NCBI RefSeq assembly: GCF_009914755.1
Contig: NC_060947.1
Source: the human T2T-CHM13v2.0 reference genome, Homo sapiens
DNA length: 64,000 bases
Strand: one strand, 5' to 3'
This document shows, in pieces, positions 26,184-45,802 of this stretch (the first letter of the stretch is position 1; each line of letters begins with the position of its first letter). The notes under the pieces are model-generated. The model saw only the letters and a list, made by a program, of their open reading frames with translations. It searched no databases and was not told the origin of the DNA. Made by a program: the position numbers and the translations under genes.

Positions 26184-28687
26184 CACATTTTCTTTATCCA
26201 CTAATTGGTTGATGGGCACTGAGGTTGACTACATATCTTTGCAATTGTGAATTGTGCTGTAATAAATATACATGTATAAGAGTTTTTTTTGATATAGTGA
26301 CTTCTTTTCCTTTGGGAAAAGATTGAATGGTAGATCTACTTTTAATTCTTTGAGAAATCTCCATACTGTTTTCCATAGAGGTTGTACAAATATACATTCC
26401 CACCAGCAGTGTATAAGCATTCCCTTTTCATTATGTCCATGACAACATCCATTGCTCTTTGACCTTTTAATAATGGCCATTCTGGCTTGCGTAAGGTGAT
26501 ATCTTATTGTGGTTTTAATTTGCATTTCCCTGATTATTAGAGGTGTTGGGTGATTTTTATATGTTTCTTGGCCCTTTGTATATCTTCTTTTGAAAAACTG
26601 TCTATTCATGTTATTTGCCCACTTTTTGATGGGATTATTTGTGGGTTTTTTGCTGATTTACTTGAGTTCCTTGTAGATTCTGGACATTAGTTCTTTGTCA
26701 GATGTATAATTTCCAAATATTTTCTCCCATGCTGTGAGTTGTACGTTTACTTTGATGATTATTTCTTTTGCTGTGTGGAAGCTTTTTAATTTAATTAGTT
26801 TCCATTTATTTATTTCTGTTTTTGTTGCATTTGCTTTTGGGGTCTTAATCATAAATTCTTTGCCTATGCCAATGTCCAGAAGGGTTTTTTCCCTAAGTTT
26901 TCCTCAGAATATTTGTGATTTCGGGCCTTAGATTTAAGTCTTTAATCCATCGGCATTAAATTTTTGTATAAGATGAGATAGGGATCCAGTTTTATTCTTC
27001 TACGTGTGGCTCTTCAATTTTCCTAGCACCATTTATTGAATATGGTGTTCTTTTCCCAGTTTATGTTTTTGTATGCTTTGTCAAAGATCAGTTGGTTGTA
27101 AATGTACGAATTTATTCCTGGGCTCTCTGTTATGTTCCATTAGTCTGTGTATCTACTTTTGTACCAGTACTATGCTGTTTTGGTTACTATAGCCTTGTAG
27201 TATTATATGATTTGAAGTTGAGGAAGATAATGCCTCCAGATTTGTTCATTTTGATTACGATTGCTTTGGATATTTGGGGTCTTTTTTAGTTCCATTATGA
27301 ATCTTAGGACTGTTTTTTCTAGTTCTGTGAAAAATGAAGTTGGTATTTTGATAGGAATTGCATTGAATCTGTAGATTGCTTTGACAGTATGGTCATTTTT
27401 ACAATATCCATTCTTCCAATCCATAAGCATGGGATCTATTTCCATTTGTGTCATCTGTGATTTCTTTCTGCAATGTTTTTTAGTTCTCCTTGTAGAGATC
27501 TTTTACCTCCTTGCTTAAATATATTCCTAGTTATTATATTTTTTGTAGCTACTGTAAATGGGATTGAGTTCTTGATTTGATTCTCAGTTTGGTCACTGTT
27601 GTTGTATAGCAGTGCTACTGATTTGTGCACATTGATTTTGTACTATACTGAATTGAGACTTTACTTACTTCACTTATCATACCTAGGAGTCTTTTGGGGG
27701 AGCCTTTAGGGTTTTCTAGGTATATGATAATATCATGGGCAAACAGCAATAGTTTGGCTTCCTCTTTTCCTATTTGAATGCCCTTTGTTTCTTTCTCTTG
27801 CCTGATTGCTCTATGACTTCCTGTACTATGTTGAATAGAAGTGGTTAAAGTGGACGTCCTTGTCTTGTTCTAGTTCTTAGTGAGAATTTTCAACTTTTCC
27901 CCATTCAGTATGATGTTGGCTGTGGGTATGTCATATATGGCTGCCATTATTTTGATGTATGTTCCTTCTATGCTTATTTGTTAAGGGTTGTTAAACATAA
28001 AGAGATGGTGGATTTTATTGAATTCTTTTTTCTGTGCCTATTGAGATGATCATATGGTTTTTGTATTTAATTCTATTTATGTGGTGAAACACATTTATTG
28101 ACTTGCATATGTTGATCCATCACTTCATATCTGGGATGAAACACACTTGATCATGGTGAATTATCTTTTGGATGTGCTGTTGGATTTGGGTTGCTAGTAT
28201 TTTGTTGAGGATTTTTTGCATCTACATTTTTCAGATATTGGCCTGTAGTTTTATTGTTGTTGTCGTGTCCTTTCTTGGTTTTGGTATCAGTGTGATACTG
28301 GCTTCATAGAATGAGTTAGGGAGGAGTCCCTCCTTCTAAGTCTTTTGAAATAGTTTCAGTAGGATTGGTATCAATTCTGCTTTGAATGTCTTATAGAATT
28401 CAGCTGTGAATCCTTGTGGTCCACCTGGGCTTTCGTTGTTGTTGCTGTTCTTGGCAGTGGTTTTTTTTTTTTTTAATTACTGATTAAATTTTACTGCTTG
28501 CTATTGATCTGTTCAGAATTTCTATTTCTTCTTGATCAAAGCTTGGCGGATTGTATATTTCCAGGAGTTTATTCATTTCTTCTAGATTTTCTGGTTTATG
28601 TGCATAGAGGTTTTCATAATAGTCTTGAATGATCCTTTGTATTTCTGTGGAGTCAGTTGTAAAGTTTAAAGTTTACCATTTCATTTC
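25741..28687 (-). mobile_element. L1PB-type 3'UTR and ORF2 (continues at 30960-31084 beyond the pseudogene); (TA)n at about 26138-26179
   Basis: ORF2 peptides [44 protein letters not shown]. Confidence 0.9.
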
Positions 28688-30943
<2,256 letters not shown>

Positions 30944-33015
30944 CTACAGTTTCATTTCTAATTGAACTTATTTGAATCTTCTCTCTTCTTTTCTAGGTTA
31001 ATCTAGTTACTGGGCTATGCATTTTCTTTATTTTTTCTAAGAACCAACTTTATGCTTTATTCATTTTTTTGCTTTCAATCTCATCAGAGATATTGGCTGA
31101 TGTGTGTGTGTGTGTTTTCTTTTTGATGTAGCTTGTTATCAGGGTAATACTGGCCTCGTAGAATGAGTTTGGAAGTATTCCTTTCCTCTATATTTCAGAA
31201 TAGTTTGAGTAGGATTGGTATTAGTTCTTCTTTAAATGTTTGGTAGAATTCAGCAGTAAAGCTCTTGAGTTCCAGACTTTTCTTTACTGGGAGTCTTTTT
31301 ATCGTGACTTTGATCTTGTTACTTGTTATTGGTCTGCTCGCATTTTAAATTTCTTCATGATTCAGTCTTGGTAGGTTGTATCTGTCTAGAAATGTTTCCA
31401 TTTCCTCTAGATTTTCCAATTTTTTGGCATATACTTACTTATAGGAGCCATTAGTGATCCTTTGAATGTCTGTGGTATCAGTTGTAATGTCTCCTTGTTT
31501 TATCTCTGATTCTATTTATTTGGGTCTTCTCTCTTTTCTTAGTCTACCTAAAGATTTATCAATTTTGTTTAACTTTCCAAAAAAGCAAATTCTGTGTCAT
31601 TGTCCTTTTGTATTGTTTTCTTCTTTAAAATTTCATATATTTTTGCTCTAATCTTTAATATTTCTTTTCTTCTACTGGTTTTGGGTTTGGTTCACTCTTG
31701 CTGTCCTCGTTCTTTAAGATAGACCATTAGGTTGTTTATTTAAAGGTTTTTTTCTTTTTTGATGTAAGCAATTATAGCTATAAACTTCCCTCTGAGTCCT
31801 GCTTTTGTTGTATCCCATAGCTTTTGGTCTGTTGCGTTTCCATCATCATTGTTTTCAAGAAATTTTTAATTTTTTTTCGTAATTTCTTCATTGACACCCT
31901 GGTCATTCAGGAGCATATCATTTACTTTCCATGTATTTTTATAGTTTCTAAGGTTCCTCTTGTTATTGATTTCTAGTTTTATTTCATTCTGATCAGAGAA
32001 GATGCTTCATATTTTTTCCATTTTTTTAATGTTTGAAGACAAATTTTGTGACCTAACGTGTTCTCTACTTGAGAATGATCCATGTGCTGAGGAAAAGAAT
32101 GTGTATTCTGCAGCTGTTGGATCAAAAGTTCCTTACATATCTATTAGGTCCATTTGGTCTATAATGCAGATTAAGTCCGATTTTTCTTAGTTGATTTTTT
32201 GTCTGGGCGATCTGTCCAGTGTTGAAAATGGGGTGTTGAATTATGCAGCTATTATTGTATTGGGGTCTGTCTCTCTCATTAGCTCTAATAATATTTTCTT
32301 TATATATCTGCGTGCTCCAGGGTTGGGTGCATATATATTTAAAATTGTTATATCCTTTCACTGAATTGACATCTTTATCATTATATAGTGACCTTTTTGG
32401 CTTTTTAAACAGGTTTTATCTTGAAATCTAATTTTTCTGATATAAGTATAACAACTCCTGCTCTTTGTTTATTTTCATTGGCATGGAATATCTTTTTGCA
32501 TCTCTTTATTTTTATGCTATGTGTGTCTTTATAGGTGAATTGTGTTTCTTGTAGGGAATAGATTGATTGGTTTTGTTTTTAATCCATTCCATCACTCTAT
32601 GTCTTTTGATTTTAGTGTTTATTCTAGTTACATTCAATGTTATTATTGATTAGTCAAGACTTACTTTTGCCATTTTGTTGTTTTCTGGTTGTTTTGTGGT
32701 CTTCTCTTTCTTCTTTCTTTTCTTCCTGTCTTCCTTTTAGTGAAAGTGATTTTCTCTGGTGATATAAATTAGTTTCATGCTTTTAACTTTGTGTGTGTTG
32801 TATATTTTTTGGTTTCAGATTACGATGCGGCTTGTAAACACAATCTTATAACCCATTATTTTAAGCTAATGAAAACTTAACACTTTGCATAAACAAGGAA
32901 ACAAGCAAAAAGACAACTGATAAAGGCTCTACGTCGTAACTTCATTCCCATACTTTTTAACTTTTTGTAGTTTTCATTTATATCTTATTGCTCTATGTCT
33001 GTAAAGTTTTTTGTG

Positions 33016-33137
33016 GTTATTATTATTATTATTATTATTTGAAATGGAGTCTCACTCTGTCGCCCAGGCTGGAGTGCAGTGGTATGACCTCAGCTCACTG
33101 CAACCTCTGCCTCCCGGGTTCAAGTGATTCTCCTGCC
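33016..33137 (-). mobile_element. Severely 5'-truncated Alu with (AAT)n tail
   Basis: About 100 bp of right arm ending at ttctcctgcc. Confidence 0.88.
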
Positions 33138-35748
33138 ATGGTTCATTGTTTAGTCTTTCTACATAAGATGAGAGTAGTTTACACACCGCAGTTACAGTGT
33201 TACAGTATTTTGTGTTTTTCTGTACACTTACTATTGCCAGTGAGTTTTATACTTTCAGATGATTTCTTATTGCTCATTAATTTTCCTCTCTTTCTGATTG
33301 AAGTACTCCCTTTTACATTTCTTGTAGGACAGGTCTGATGTTGATGAAATCTGTCACCTTTTGTTTGTTTTGGAAAGTATTTATTTCTCTTTCATATTTG
33401 AATGATAATTTTGCTGTATATACTATTCTAGGGCAAATTTTTTTTCTTTAGCATTTGAAATATGTCATGCCACTCTCTCCTGACCTAAAAGGTTTCCACT
33501 GAAAAGTCTGTTGCCAGACGTTTTGGAGCTCAATTTTATGTTGTTTCTTTTCTCTTGCCAATTTTAGGATCCTTTTAAAATTCTTGACCTTTGGGTGTTT
33601 AATTATTAAATATCTAGAGGTAGTCTTCTTTGGGTTAAATCTGCTTTGTGTTTTATAACCTTCTTGTACTTGGATATTGATATCTTTCTCTAGGTTTGGG
33701 ATGTTCTCTGTTATTATCCCATTGTATAAATTTTCTACCACTATCTCTTTCTCTACCTCATCTTTTAGGCCAATAACTCTTTAATTTATATTTTGAGGCT
33801 ATTTTCTAGATCCTGTAGATGTGCTCATTGTTTTTTATTCTTTTTTCTTTTGTCTCCTCTACCTGTGTATTTTCAGATAGCCTATTTTCATTCCCACTAA
33901 TTCTTTCCTCTGCCTGATCAATTCTGCTATTAAAAGACTATAATGCATTCTTAATTATGCTACTTCCATTTCTTCAGTATTTCTTCTTGATTCTTCCAAA
34001 TTATTTTGATGCTTTGTTAAATTTGAGTGACAGAATTCTGAATTCCTTCTGTGTGTTTTCTTGAATTTCTTTGAATTTTCTCAACACAGTTATTTTGAAT
34101 TCTCTATCTGAAAGGTCACATATCTCTTGTTTCTCCAGGATTGGTCCCTGGTGCCTTATGTACCTCATTTGGTAAGGTCATGGTTTCCTGAATTGTCTTG
34201 ATAGTTGTAGATATTCCTCTGTCTCTGTACATTGAAGAGTTAGGTATTTCTTTTAGTCTTCTCAGTCGCAACTTGTTTGTACCCACCCTTAGTGGGGAGG
34301 CTTTTCAGATATTTGAAATGACTTGCATGTTGTGATGTAAATTCTATCTGAATTTGGCAGCACCCCAAACCCAGTAACACTGTGATTCTTGCAGACTCAT
34401 AGAGGTATTGCCTTGATGGTCTTGGACAAGATCCAGAAGAATCCTCTGAATTACCAGGCAGAGACTTGTTTTCTTCCCTTTCTTTCTCCCAAACAAATGA
34501 GATCTCTCTATCTGCTGTGAACCACCTGGAGCCAGAGGTGGAGTGACACAGGCAGCCCTGTGGCCACCACCACTATGACTGTTCTGGGTCAGAACATCAC
34601 TGGTTCTTGCCCAAGGCTTATTGTAACCACTTCCTGTCTACTGCCTATGTTCACTTTAGGCCTTGGGGCTCTACAATTAGCAGGTGGCAAAGCCAGTCGG
34701 GCCTATGTGTTACCCTTCAGGGCGACAGGTTCCCCCAGGCCTTATATGGTCCCAGTGGTGCCATCTGAGTGCCAAGGACTAAGGTCAAAAATATTAGAAA
34801 TCTACCTGGTGTTTTTTTGTACCATAACTTAGCTGGTACTCACACCACTAGATGCGGTCCTTCCCACTCTTTTCTCCCCTTTCCAAAGGCACAGAACCTC
34901 ACCCTGTGGCCACTGCCACCTCATATCCACGGTGATGACTGCCAGACTACTACCGATTTTCCCTTAAGTCTCAAGGACTCTTCAGTCAGCTTGTTGTAAA
35001 TGCTACCTGGCTTGGGACTCACCTTTCAGTGCAGTGGGATCTCCTGTGGTCCAGGCGAGTTTCAGGAACCAAAGCCAAGGCCTGGAATTGGGGGCCCCAG
35101 GAGCCCACTCTACTTTTCTGTGGCTGACCTGGTACCTAAGGTGCAAGACAAAGTCCCCTTTACTTTTCCGCAGAAGGAATCTTGCCCCATAGCCACCATA
35201 TTTGGGAATATGCTGAGTCTCACCTGAAGCCAGCAAGTCTCACCCAAGCGCCTCAATGTAGTACCTAGGTATCACTGCTGGTTATTGAGGGTCCAAGGGC
35301 CCTTCAGTTAGCAGGTTATCAATCCTGCCAGGACTGGGTGCTTCCTGTCAAGTCAGAGTGTTCCCTTTTGGCTGGGTGTGTGCCTATAAGTGTCGTCCAA
35401 GATCTAGGGCCTGAAAAGGGGGCCTCATGACCCTGATCAGTGCTCTTTTCTGCTCTGACTGAGCTGGTATTCAAGATTCAAGACAAAGTCCTTCCCACTC
35501 TTCTCTCTTCTCTTTTCAAGCAGAGGAAGAGGTCTTTTGTTGTTGTTGTTGCTGCAAGCTGTGAACCCTGGGGTTAGGCAAGGGGTGATGCCAACACTTT
35601 CTTAGCTACTCTGCCTGGTGTCTCAGTAGACCATGTGTTCCCCCAGTCCACTCTCCCTGGGCCAAGTTCAGCACTAGGACTCACCTAGATGTTGCAGTTC
35701 TTGTGGCCTCGATGGATTCCCCTCTGGCTAGGGCTGGTTTAAATACTG

Positions 35749-36158
35749 TGATATGGTTTGATCTGTGTCCTCACCAAAATCTCATGTTGAATTGTAATCC
35801 CCCAGTGCTAGAGATGGGGCCTGATGGGAAGTGATTGGATCATAGGGGCGGATTTCTCATGAATGGTTTTGCATCATCCACTTGGTACTGTCCGTGTGAT
35901 AGTGAGTGAGTTCTCATGAGATCTGGTCATTTAAAAGTTTGTGACACTTTTCCCCTTTCTCTCTCACTCCTGCTTCCACCAAGTGAAATGCTTGCTCTTG
36001 CTTTGCCTTCTACCATGGGTAAAAGCTCCCTCCAGCCTCTCCAGAAGCTGTCATGCTTCCTGTACATCTTGCAGAACCATGAGCTAATTAAACCTCTTTT
36101 CTTTATAAATTACCCAGTCTCAGGCATTTCTTTATAGCAATGTGAATGGACGAATAGA
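35749..36158 (+). mobile_element. MST-type MaLR solo LTR within L1 5' region
   Basis: tgatatggtttgatctgtgtcc...aattacccagtctcagg...gacgaataga. Confidence 0.85.
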
Positions 36159-36529
36159 TGTTCCTTCCATGGACAGGCATTAGCTGTTTGGTCCAATTTT
36201 GTTTTTTATTATAATAAGGCAGCACTGAGTTCAATTCCTCACAATTGCTGCAGTCTCCCTCTCCTCAGGACACAAAAATGCTCTCAACACCACACTGTCA
36301 CTGCCAAGGTATGGGAGACAGGTGGCATCGGTGATTCAAAACTGTTTTTCCTACCTCTGTAGTATATATTTCAGTGACATGAAGTTAAAACCAGGTACTG
36401 TGAGTGTTTACCTGATTTTTGGTTCTTATGAATGTGCTTTTTTATGTGTGTAGATAGCTGTTAAATTGGTGTCCTTTGTGAGGAACAATTGGTAGATCTT
36501 TCTATTCCACCATCTTGTTCCACCTCGAC

Positions 36530-39298
<2,769 letters not shown>

Positions 39299-39590
39299 AT
39301 TTTCTCATGGGTAAGATTTATTACATCAAATGATACAGTACAAGAACAGTAGGAAAGTATATGCATAGATAAAGGCTGCAGAAGTCACAGGCATGATTCC
39401 AATTTCTGTTCTCTCCACATCTGCTAACCAAAGAGATATATATGTGAGATGTCTCCATTCAGGGAAGTCCACTCACTTCTTGGGATGTGGAGTTCTCAAA
39501 GGGGAATGGTGACATGGCCAGCCATAGTGTGAATCTTAAACCAGGTGCCAGCTGCACATTATGAATCTTTACATTTACTTTAAGAATGTT

Positions 39591-39889
39591 GGCCGGGCAT
39601 GGTGGCTCACGCCTGTAATCCCAGCACTTTGGGAGGCCCAGGCAGGTGGATCACGAGGTCAGGAGATTGAGACCATCCTGGCTAACACGGTGAAACCCCG
39701 TCTCTACTAAAAATACAAAAAAATTAGCCGAGAGTGGTGGTGGGGTGCCTGTAGTCCCAGCTACTCAGGAGGCTGAGGCAGGAGAATGGTGTGAACCCGG
39801 GAGGCAGAGCTTGCGGTAAGCCGAGATCGTGCCTCTGCACTCCAGACTGGGCAACAGAGCGAGACTCCATCTCAAAAAAAAAAAAAAAA
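39591..39889 (+). mobile_element. AluY
   Basis: Full dimer; degenerate TSD aagaatgtt/aagaatact. Confidence 0.94.
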
Positions 39890-40070
39890 GAATACTGATA
39901 GTCTGGTTCATCTTGACCCACTGCCTCAGGAATATGAAATAACATTCCTAATCAGTAACTCAGTGAATATTTCTATAACTTACTCCTGAGTTTGAGCAAG
40001 TGTTATTGCTATGGCTATAGAGCTAAGTAAGAACCAAATAAAATGGACCTGCTGCATTAATGCTTTTCTT

Positions 40071-40349
40071 TTCTTTCTTTCTTTTTTTTTTTTTTTTAAG
40101 ACGGAGTCTTGCCCTGTTGCCCAGGCTGGAGTGCAGTGGCCCAATCTCGGCTCACTGCAAGCTCCACCTCCCGGGTTCAAGCTGGGACTACAGGCGCCCG
40201 CCACCATGCCCGGCTAATTTTTTGTATTTTTAGTAGAGACGGGGTTTCACCGTGTTAGCCGGGATGGTCTTGATCTCCTGACCTCGTGATCCGCCCGTGT
40301 CGGCCTCCCAAAGTGCTGGGATTATAGGCATGAGCCACCCTGCCCGGCC
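40071..40349 (-). mobile_element. AluY with 29-bp right-arm deletion
   Basis: TSD attaatgcttttctt at 40056 and 40350; cccgggttca|agctgggact junction. Confidence 0.94.
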
Positions 40350-40567
40350 ATTAATGCTTTTCTTAGAGAGCTTTTATAACTCTTTTGAGTGTATATGTGT
40401 GCATGAGAGAGAAAGAGAGAGAGAGAGAAAGGGAGTTTATACCAATAGTTTGTAAGATTGTATTTTCTATTTCTTCAGATAGTTACTATTTTAACTATAA
40501 CTTCATGTATTTAATCTTCCAATTTTAAAGATGGTGTCTATTGACTGCATAAGCAAGGATAAAATGA

Positions 40568-40951
<384 letters not shown>

Positions 40952-40993
40952 TAGTTGTACTATTTTCTTAGTTCTTTTTAGCTTTATACTTTA

Positions 40994-41221
<228 letters not shown>

Positions 41222-44199
41222 TCATTTAAGAATATAAAAATAAAATAAAATGTGAAAAAATCAATACACCTACAATAAGTCCTGCCTTCTCTGTCCTTGC
41301 CTGTCTTTACTTTTTTAGTTATATAATTCTTGTATTTTTATTTATAAGATTTACATTCTATTCTGGAGCCATAATTTTCCAGGTTGTTTTCATCCTAGTC
41401 CTGTAGCTAAATGGTTTCTGTGCAAAGTGCTAGCCATCTTGCCAGAGACAATCCATCATTTTTTTGTGTAGGTTATTTTTCTTCCAATAGTTTTTTAAGG
41501 AAGTGCTCAAGTGTTCATGTTCCCTAAGTTCCTGTATGATCCAAAACACTTGTTGCTTTTGTTTGTGAAAGAATGCATAATAAGACATATTTCTTCTCTT
41601 GAAGGTTTGGTAGACATTGTTTCATTTTCTTCTAGTGCTGAATATTGTTCTAGAAACAAATGAAACCAGCCTGATATATTCCCTTATTAATGACTTTAAT
41701 TTATTGTCTAGATTCCTAGAAGATTCTTTATTCTTGAAATTCAGTTGCTTTACTAAGATATATTTTAGTGTTAATAATTCTGTATCAACTTTTATAGGGT
41801 TGTGGTATGTTTTTTTTCAATCTGTGCATTTATTTTTCTTTTTTGTTTGTTTCTGGGAAGATTTAAATACTTTCTAGCCCATGTTTTGTTGTATTCTTTA
41901 TGTTTCTCAATTATGTTTACATTGGATCTCCTTTGTCTATTTGTCTATCCTTTTTATCTATTGTGTTATTTTAAATCATTTAAGCTCCTTATTTATTTAC
42001 ATTTTTTTTTACTTTTTATTCTGTATAACACATATCACCTACTGGGTTATTATCAGTATCATTTCTCCTTTGTGTTATTTATAGTGTGGTTTTATTTTCT
42101 TCTTCCATTGTCTTTTTTTTAGTTTATCAAGCAGTTTTATTCTTATCCCCCATATTTGCCAATACAATAAAACTATCTTATAAAATATAGTTTATCAATT
42201 TCTTATTGAAGGGATATTTCCTCCTAACCTCTACTAATTACTTATTTTTTAAACTGTTAATCTAGATACTGTTTCCTCTAGGAAGCTTTCCTTGACCCCC
42301 GACCCCTGTGCCTTCAGTGCTTGCCTGATTATAGCACTTACCACACAGTTCTGAAAATTTCTATTTGCTTCTGTGGAAACTACACTCTAAGCCCTGGGAT
42401 GTCAGGGCCTGTGTTTATTGCTCTTGCTCAGTGATGCATTCCCAGCATCTGGCCTGTAATAACCCTTCAATTTATACCCTAAAATGTCTGGAGGGGCTTC
42501 AAGATGAAGTTCACCACCAGAAAGAACACAATCTTATAAATCACTAATTGTGAGCATGCTTTGAATCCTTAGGATGGTGCAAAAAAGCATTCTGTACTTT
42601 TTCTAGCTGTTCAAATTACAGATGAGTTAGATGAATGCTCAGGAAGCCCATTCTTTCCCTAATGATACTCTAGCTTCTACTTTCTATGCTTCTTTCTACC
42701 TCTAGGGCTCTGGCTGTTTCCTTAGTGATCAAAGCCATGCACTTTCGCTGGAGACTTCTTTCAGGTACAGTTGAAGATGGCTTTGTAGAATAGTTGATTA
42801 TATCTCCTTTGGAAACAAGCTTAAATCTTTCAGTTGCTTCTTAGTGGGGCATCTATATGACAAATCTTTTTTAAAAAATTAATATTCATTAATGTTCATT
42901 ATTTTGCTAAAAGAGCCTTTTCACCACTAGAGATGCCAATAAGAAAGAAGGTAGGGGGTGAGTGGTGATAAATTATGCTCTGTTAGTTCTAGGCAGTGGT
43001 CAGTAAATATTTGTTGAATTCAAGAATGAGTGGTGTAACTAGGGGTGATGTTTGCCTTCTCTCTCTCTCTCTCGCTCTCTGTCTCTCTGGTGTGTGTGAA
43101 CATGCTTTTCAAATATTCTTCAATGTTTATATAAAACATTTGAAATAAGCAGATAAATGAATTTTGTTTAAAATTTTACAACCTAAAATTCAAAGAAAGG
43201 AAATTTAAATGGGGCTTATGACTATCCTGTCACCACCTTACATGGTGTGAATTGAGAGACTGAAAGGAAGTTCTTCCTAAAATGATCTTCCACAACTGCA
43301 TCAGGGCCTACAATTCCGCCATGCTTTGGGCTAAGGCTTTATGGCATTTGAATTATTACCTGGGATTTAATTCAAGTCAGTTCACACACTAGTATATGGG
43401 ATATGGGATGCTATTGAATTCCGTTGGATAGTTCATTATCTGGGTAGTTTCTTTATTTAGCTGTCTCTTGAGATAGACAGGGAATCAAATGTAAAGGATA
43501 ACCGTCTTAAGGATGGGAATTGAGGTGCCTTACCAGAGGCAGAATGAAGACAGTGGGATGACATGGGTAAATAATTCTATCTATGTGGTTATATCCTGGC
43601 TCAATGTAGCTACCTCCTGCCTGTTTTTAGTAGTTGTAGCACGCTGGGATTCTTTTACCTTTTTCAAAGCCTTGTATCTTTAACTGTTTGTTCCTTTCAG
43701 CTATGTTGTTGCTTTCTGGGTTGCTTTATTGTTTTTTAGCTATCCAACAGGAAGTAGAGAAACAAACAAGAAAAACAAAGTGTACAGGGACTAGAGGCTC
43801 TAGCATTTGGAATGTGAAGCTCTACTTACCAGCCCCAAACATACATAAGCAGAGGCCTAAGACTTACACAGAAGTCTTATGATCTGTCCCTAATCAACAG
43901 CTCTCTAAATTTTACCTTTGGCCTCTCTCATACTTATGCTTTTCAAAGAACTGTCCAGTTTGGTGAAGGCAGCTTTGCATAGGGAATGGTGAGGGAGATG
44001 TATTCACGCTTCTTTACACTTCCAACTCTGCTTTGGAGAACCTGTTAATGGTAGCTGCTGCTGTTTCAAATGGGATGCCTTCTTCCTAGCTTCTCTAAAT
44101 CCTACTTTTATTTTTTTTTAAGGATCTAACTTAAATCTCATCATCTTCTTGAAGGCTTCTGTGATTCTCCATTGTTCTTCTTTTATTTCTAAAACTGAT

Positions 44200-44410
44200 T
44201 GTCTGATTTTGAATCCAAGCTTTGTCATAATAAGTGTGACCTTGGACAAGTTACTTAATCTCTCTGTGCCTCAGCTTTCACACCTGTAAATTGAGAGTAA
44301 GACTGCCTGTTTCATCAAGTTGGCTGTTGTGTGAATTAAATTGGTCACTATCTGTAAAACACTGTGAACAGTGCCTGACAGATAAAGCAATGCCTGCTCA
44401 GTAATTATTA
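44200..44410 (+). mobile_element. MIR
   Basis: gtgtgaccttggacaagttacttaatctctctgtgcctcag core. Confidence 0.85.
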
Positions 44411-44514
44411 TATATTCTTTTTCTTGTTACTTCTAATATAGCTTACAACATATACTTTAACAATTTTTTCCTGGAGTTTCTATGGCTCCATTTTATCTCC
44501 TTATGTGAGCTTGT

Positions 44515-44765
44515 GGTAATGTAACATAGTGGAAAAACTATGGACTCTGGATTCAGACTACCTGAGTTTGAGTCCTAACTCTGCTACTTATAGCTCTCTG
44601 ATCTTGGACAAGTTATTTAATCTTTTTGAGTGTTGGTTTCATCGTGCGTAATGGGGATAATGATACCAAACTACTTCAGAGACTCTTTGTGAGGATTAAA
44701 TTAGGTAATCCTTACAGAGTACCAGGCACGCAGTAGTTGCCCCATAAATGGAGATGCTGTTATTA
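44515..44765 (+). mobile_element. MIR
   Basis: ctctggattcagactacctgagtttgagtcc...tgtgaggattaaa. Confidence 0.85.
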
Positions 44766-45084
44766 CACATTTCAGTATTCACAGTGGCTAGGCCTAGTTT
44801 AGGCACTCATTGAATGTTTGTTAAATGGATTTGGCAGTAAAATATTATTCTCTTTCATGTATTTATCTTTTGTGTTATTCAGAACTGAAATCAGCTGGAA
44901 AAGGGATAACTGCATCTTTGAACTCTTGAAGTTAACTGTAGACTCAGTATTTTTCCTATCCATCAAGCTGTCCTTTTTGTTGTGTTAGGCTTAGTAATGT
45001 CAATGATGATTAAGAATAAGAGAAGCTACCATTCGTTGATTTCTTACTATGTGCTGTGTATGTGCTACATGCTTTACACATCCC

Positions 45085-45530
45085 TAGTTTTGTTCCTTCT
45101 CATGCTACATTCTCTTCCTAAGTAATCTCATCTATTATCTTGGCTTCAGATAAAATCTATGTGCTGATGACCCCCAAATTCCTGTCTTTACTCCAGACCT
45201 CATTTGAGCTTTAAACCCATGTGTTTAACTACAAACTTGACATTTGCATTTGGATATCACAGGGGCAACTGAAACCAAACATTTTCAGAACTGAACTCTA
45301 TCTCCTATAGTTTTTCCCACTTGAGTCTCATTTCAACTTTTCCTTTTGTACATCCCATCACTGTGAATGGCACCACCAACTATTTAGTTATACCCCACAC
45401 TGAGAACTTTAGCAAGTTCTCATAGATTTTCCTCCAAAATATATATTAAATCTATTTCTTTCCTTCTTCAATACCACCACCATAGTCAAAGCTACCATCG
45501 TAGTCTGTGGGGATTATAATAGCCTACTAA
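45085..45530 (+). mobile_element. L2 fragment
   Basis: tatgtgctgatgacccccaaatt...ctccagacct...aatggcaccacca. Confidence 0.7.
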
Positions 45531-45545
45531 TTTGTCTCATCTCTT

Positions 45546-45802
<257 letters not shown>

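Larger units (their letters stand above)
31081..36525 (-). mobile_element. L1MA-type element: ORF2 N-terminal half, ORF1 and 5' region
   Basis: Endonuclease-region motifs 31900-32550; ORF1 peptide NIPNLEKDINIQVQEG (33448-33741); ends caccatcttgttccacctc. Confidence 0.85.
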
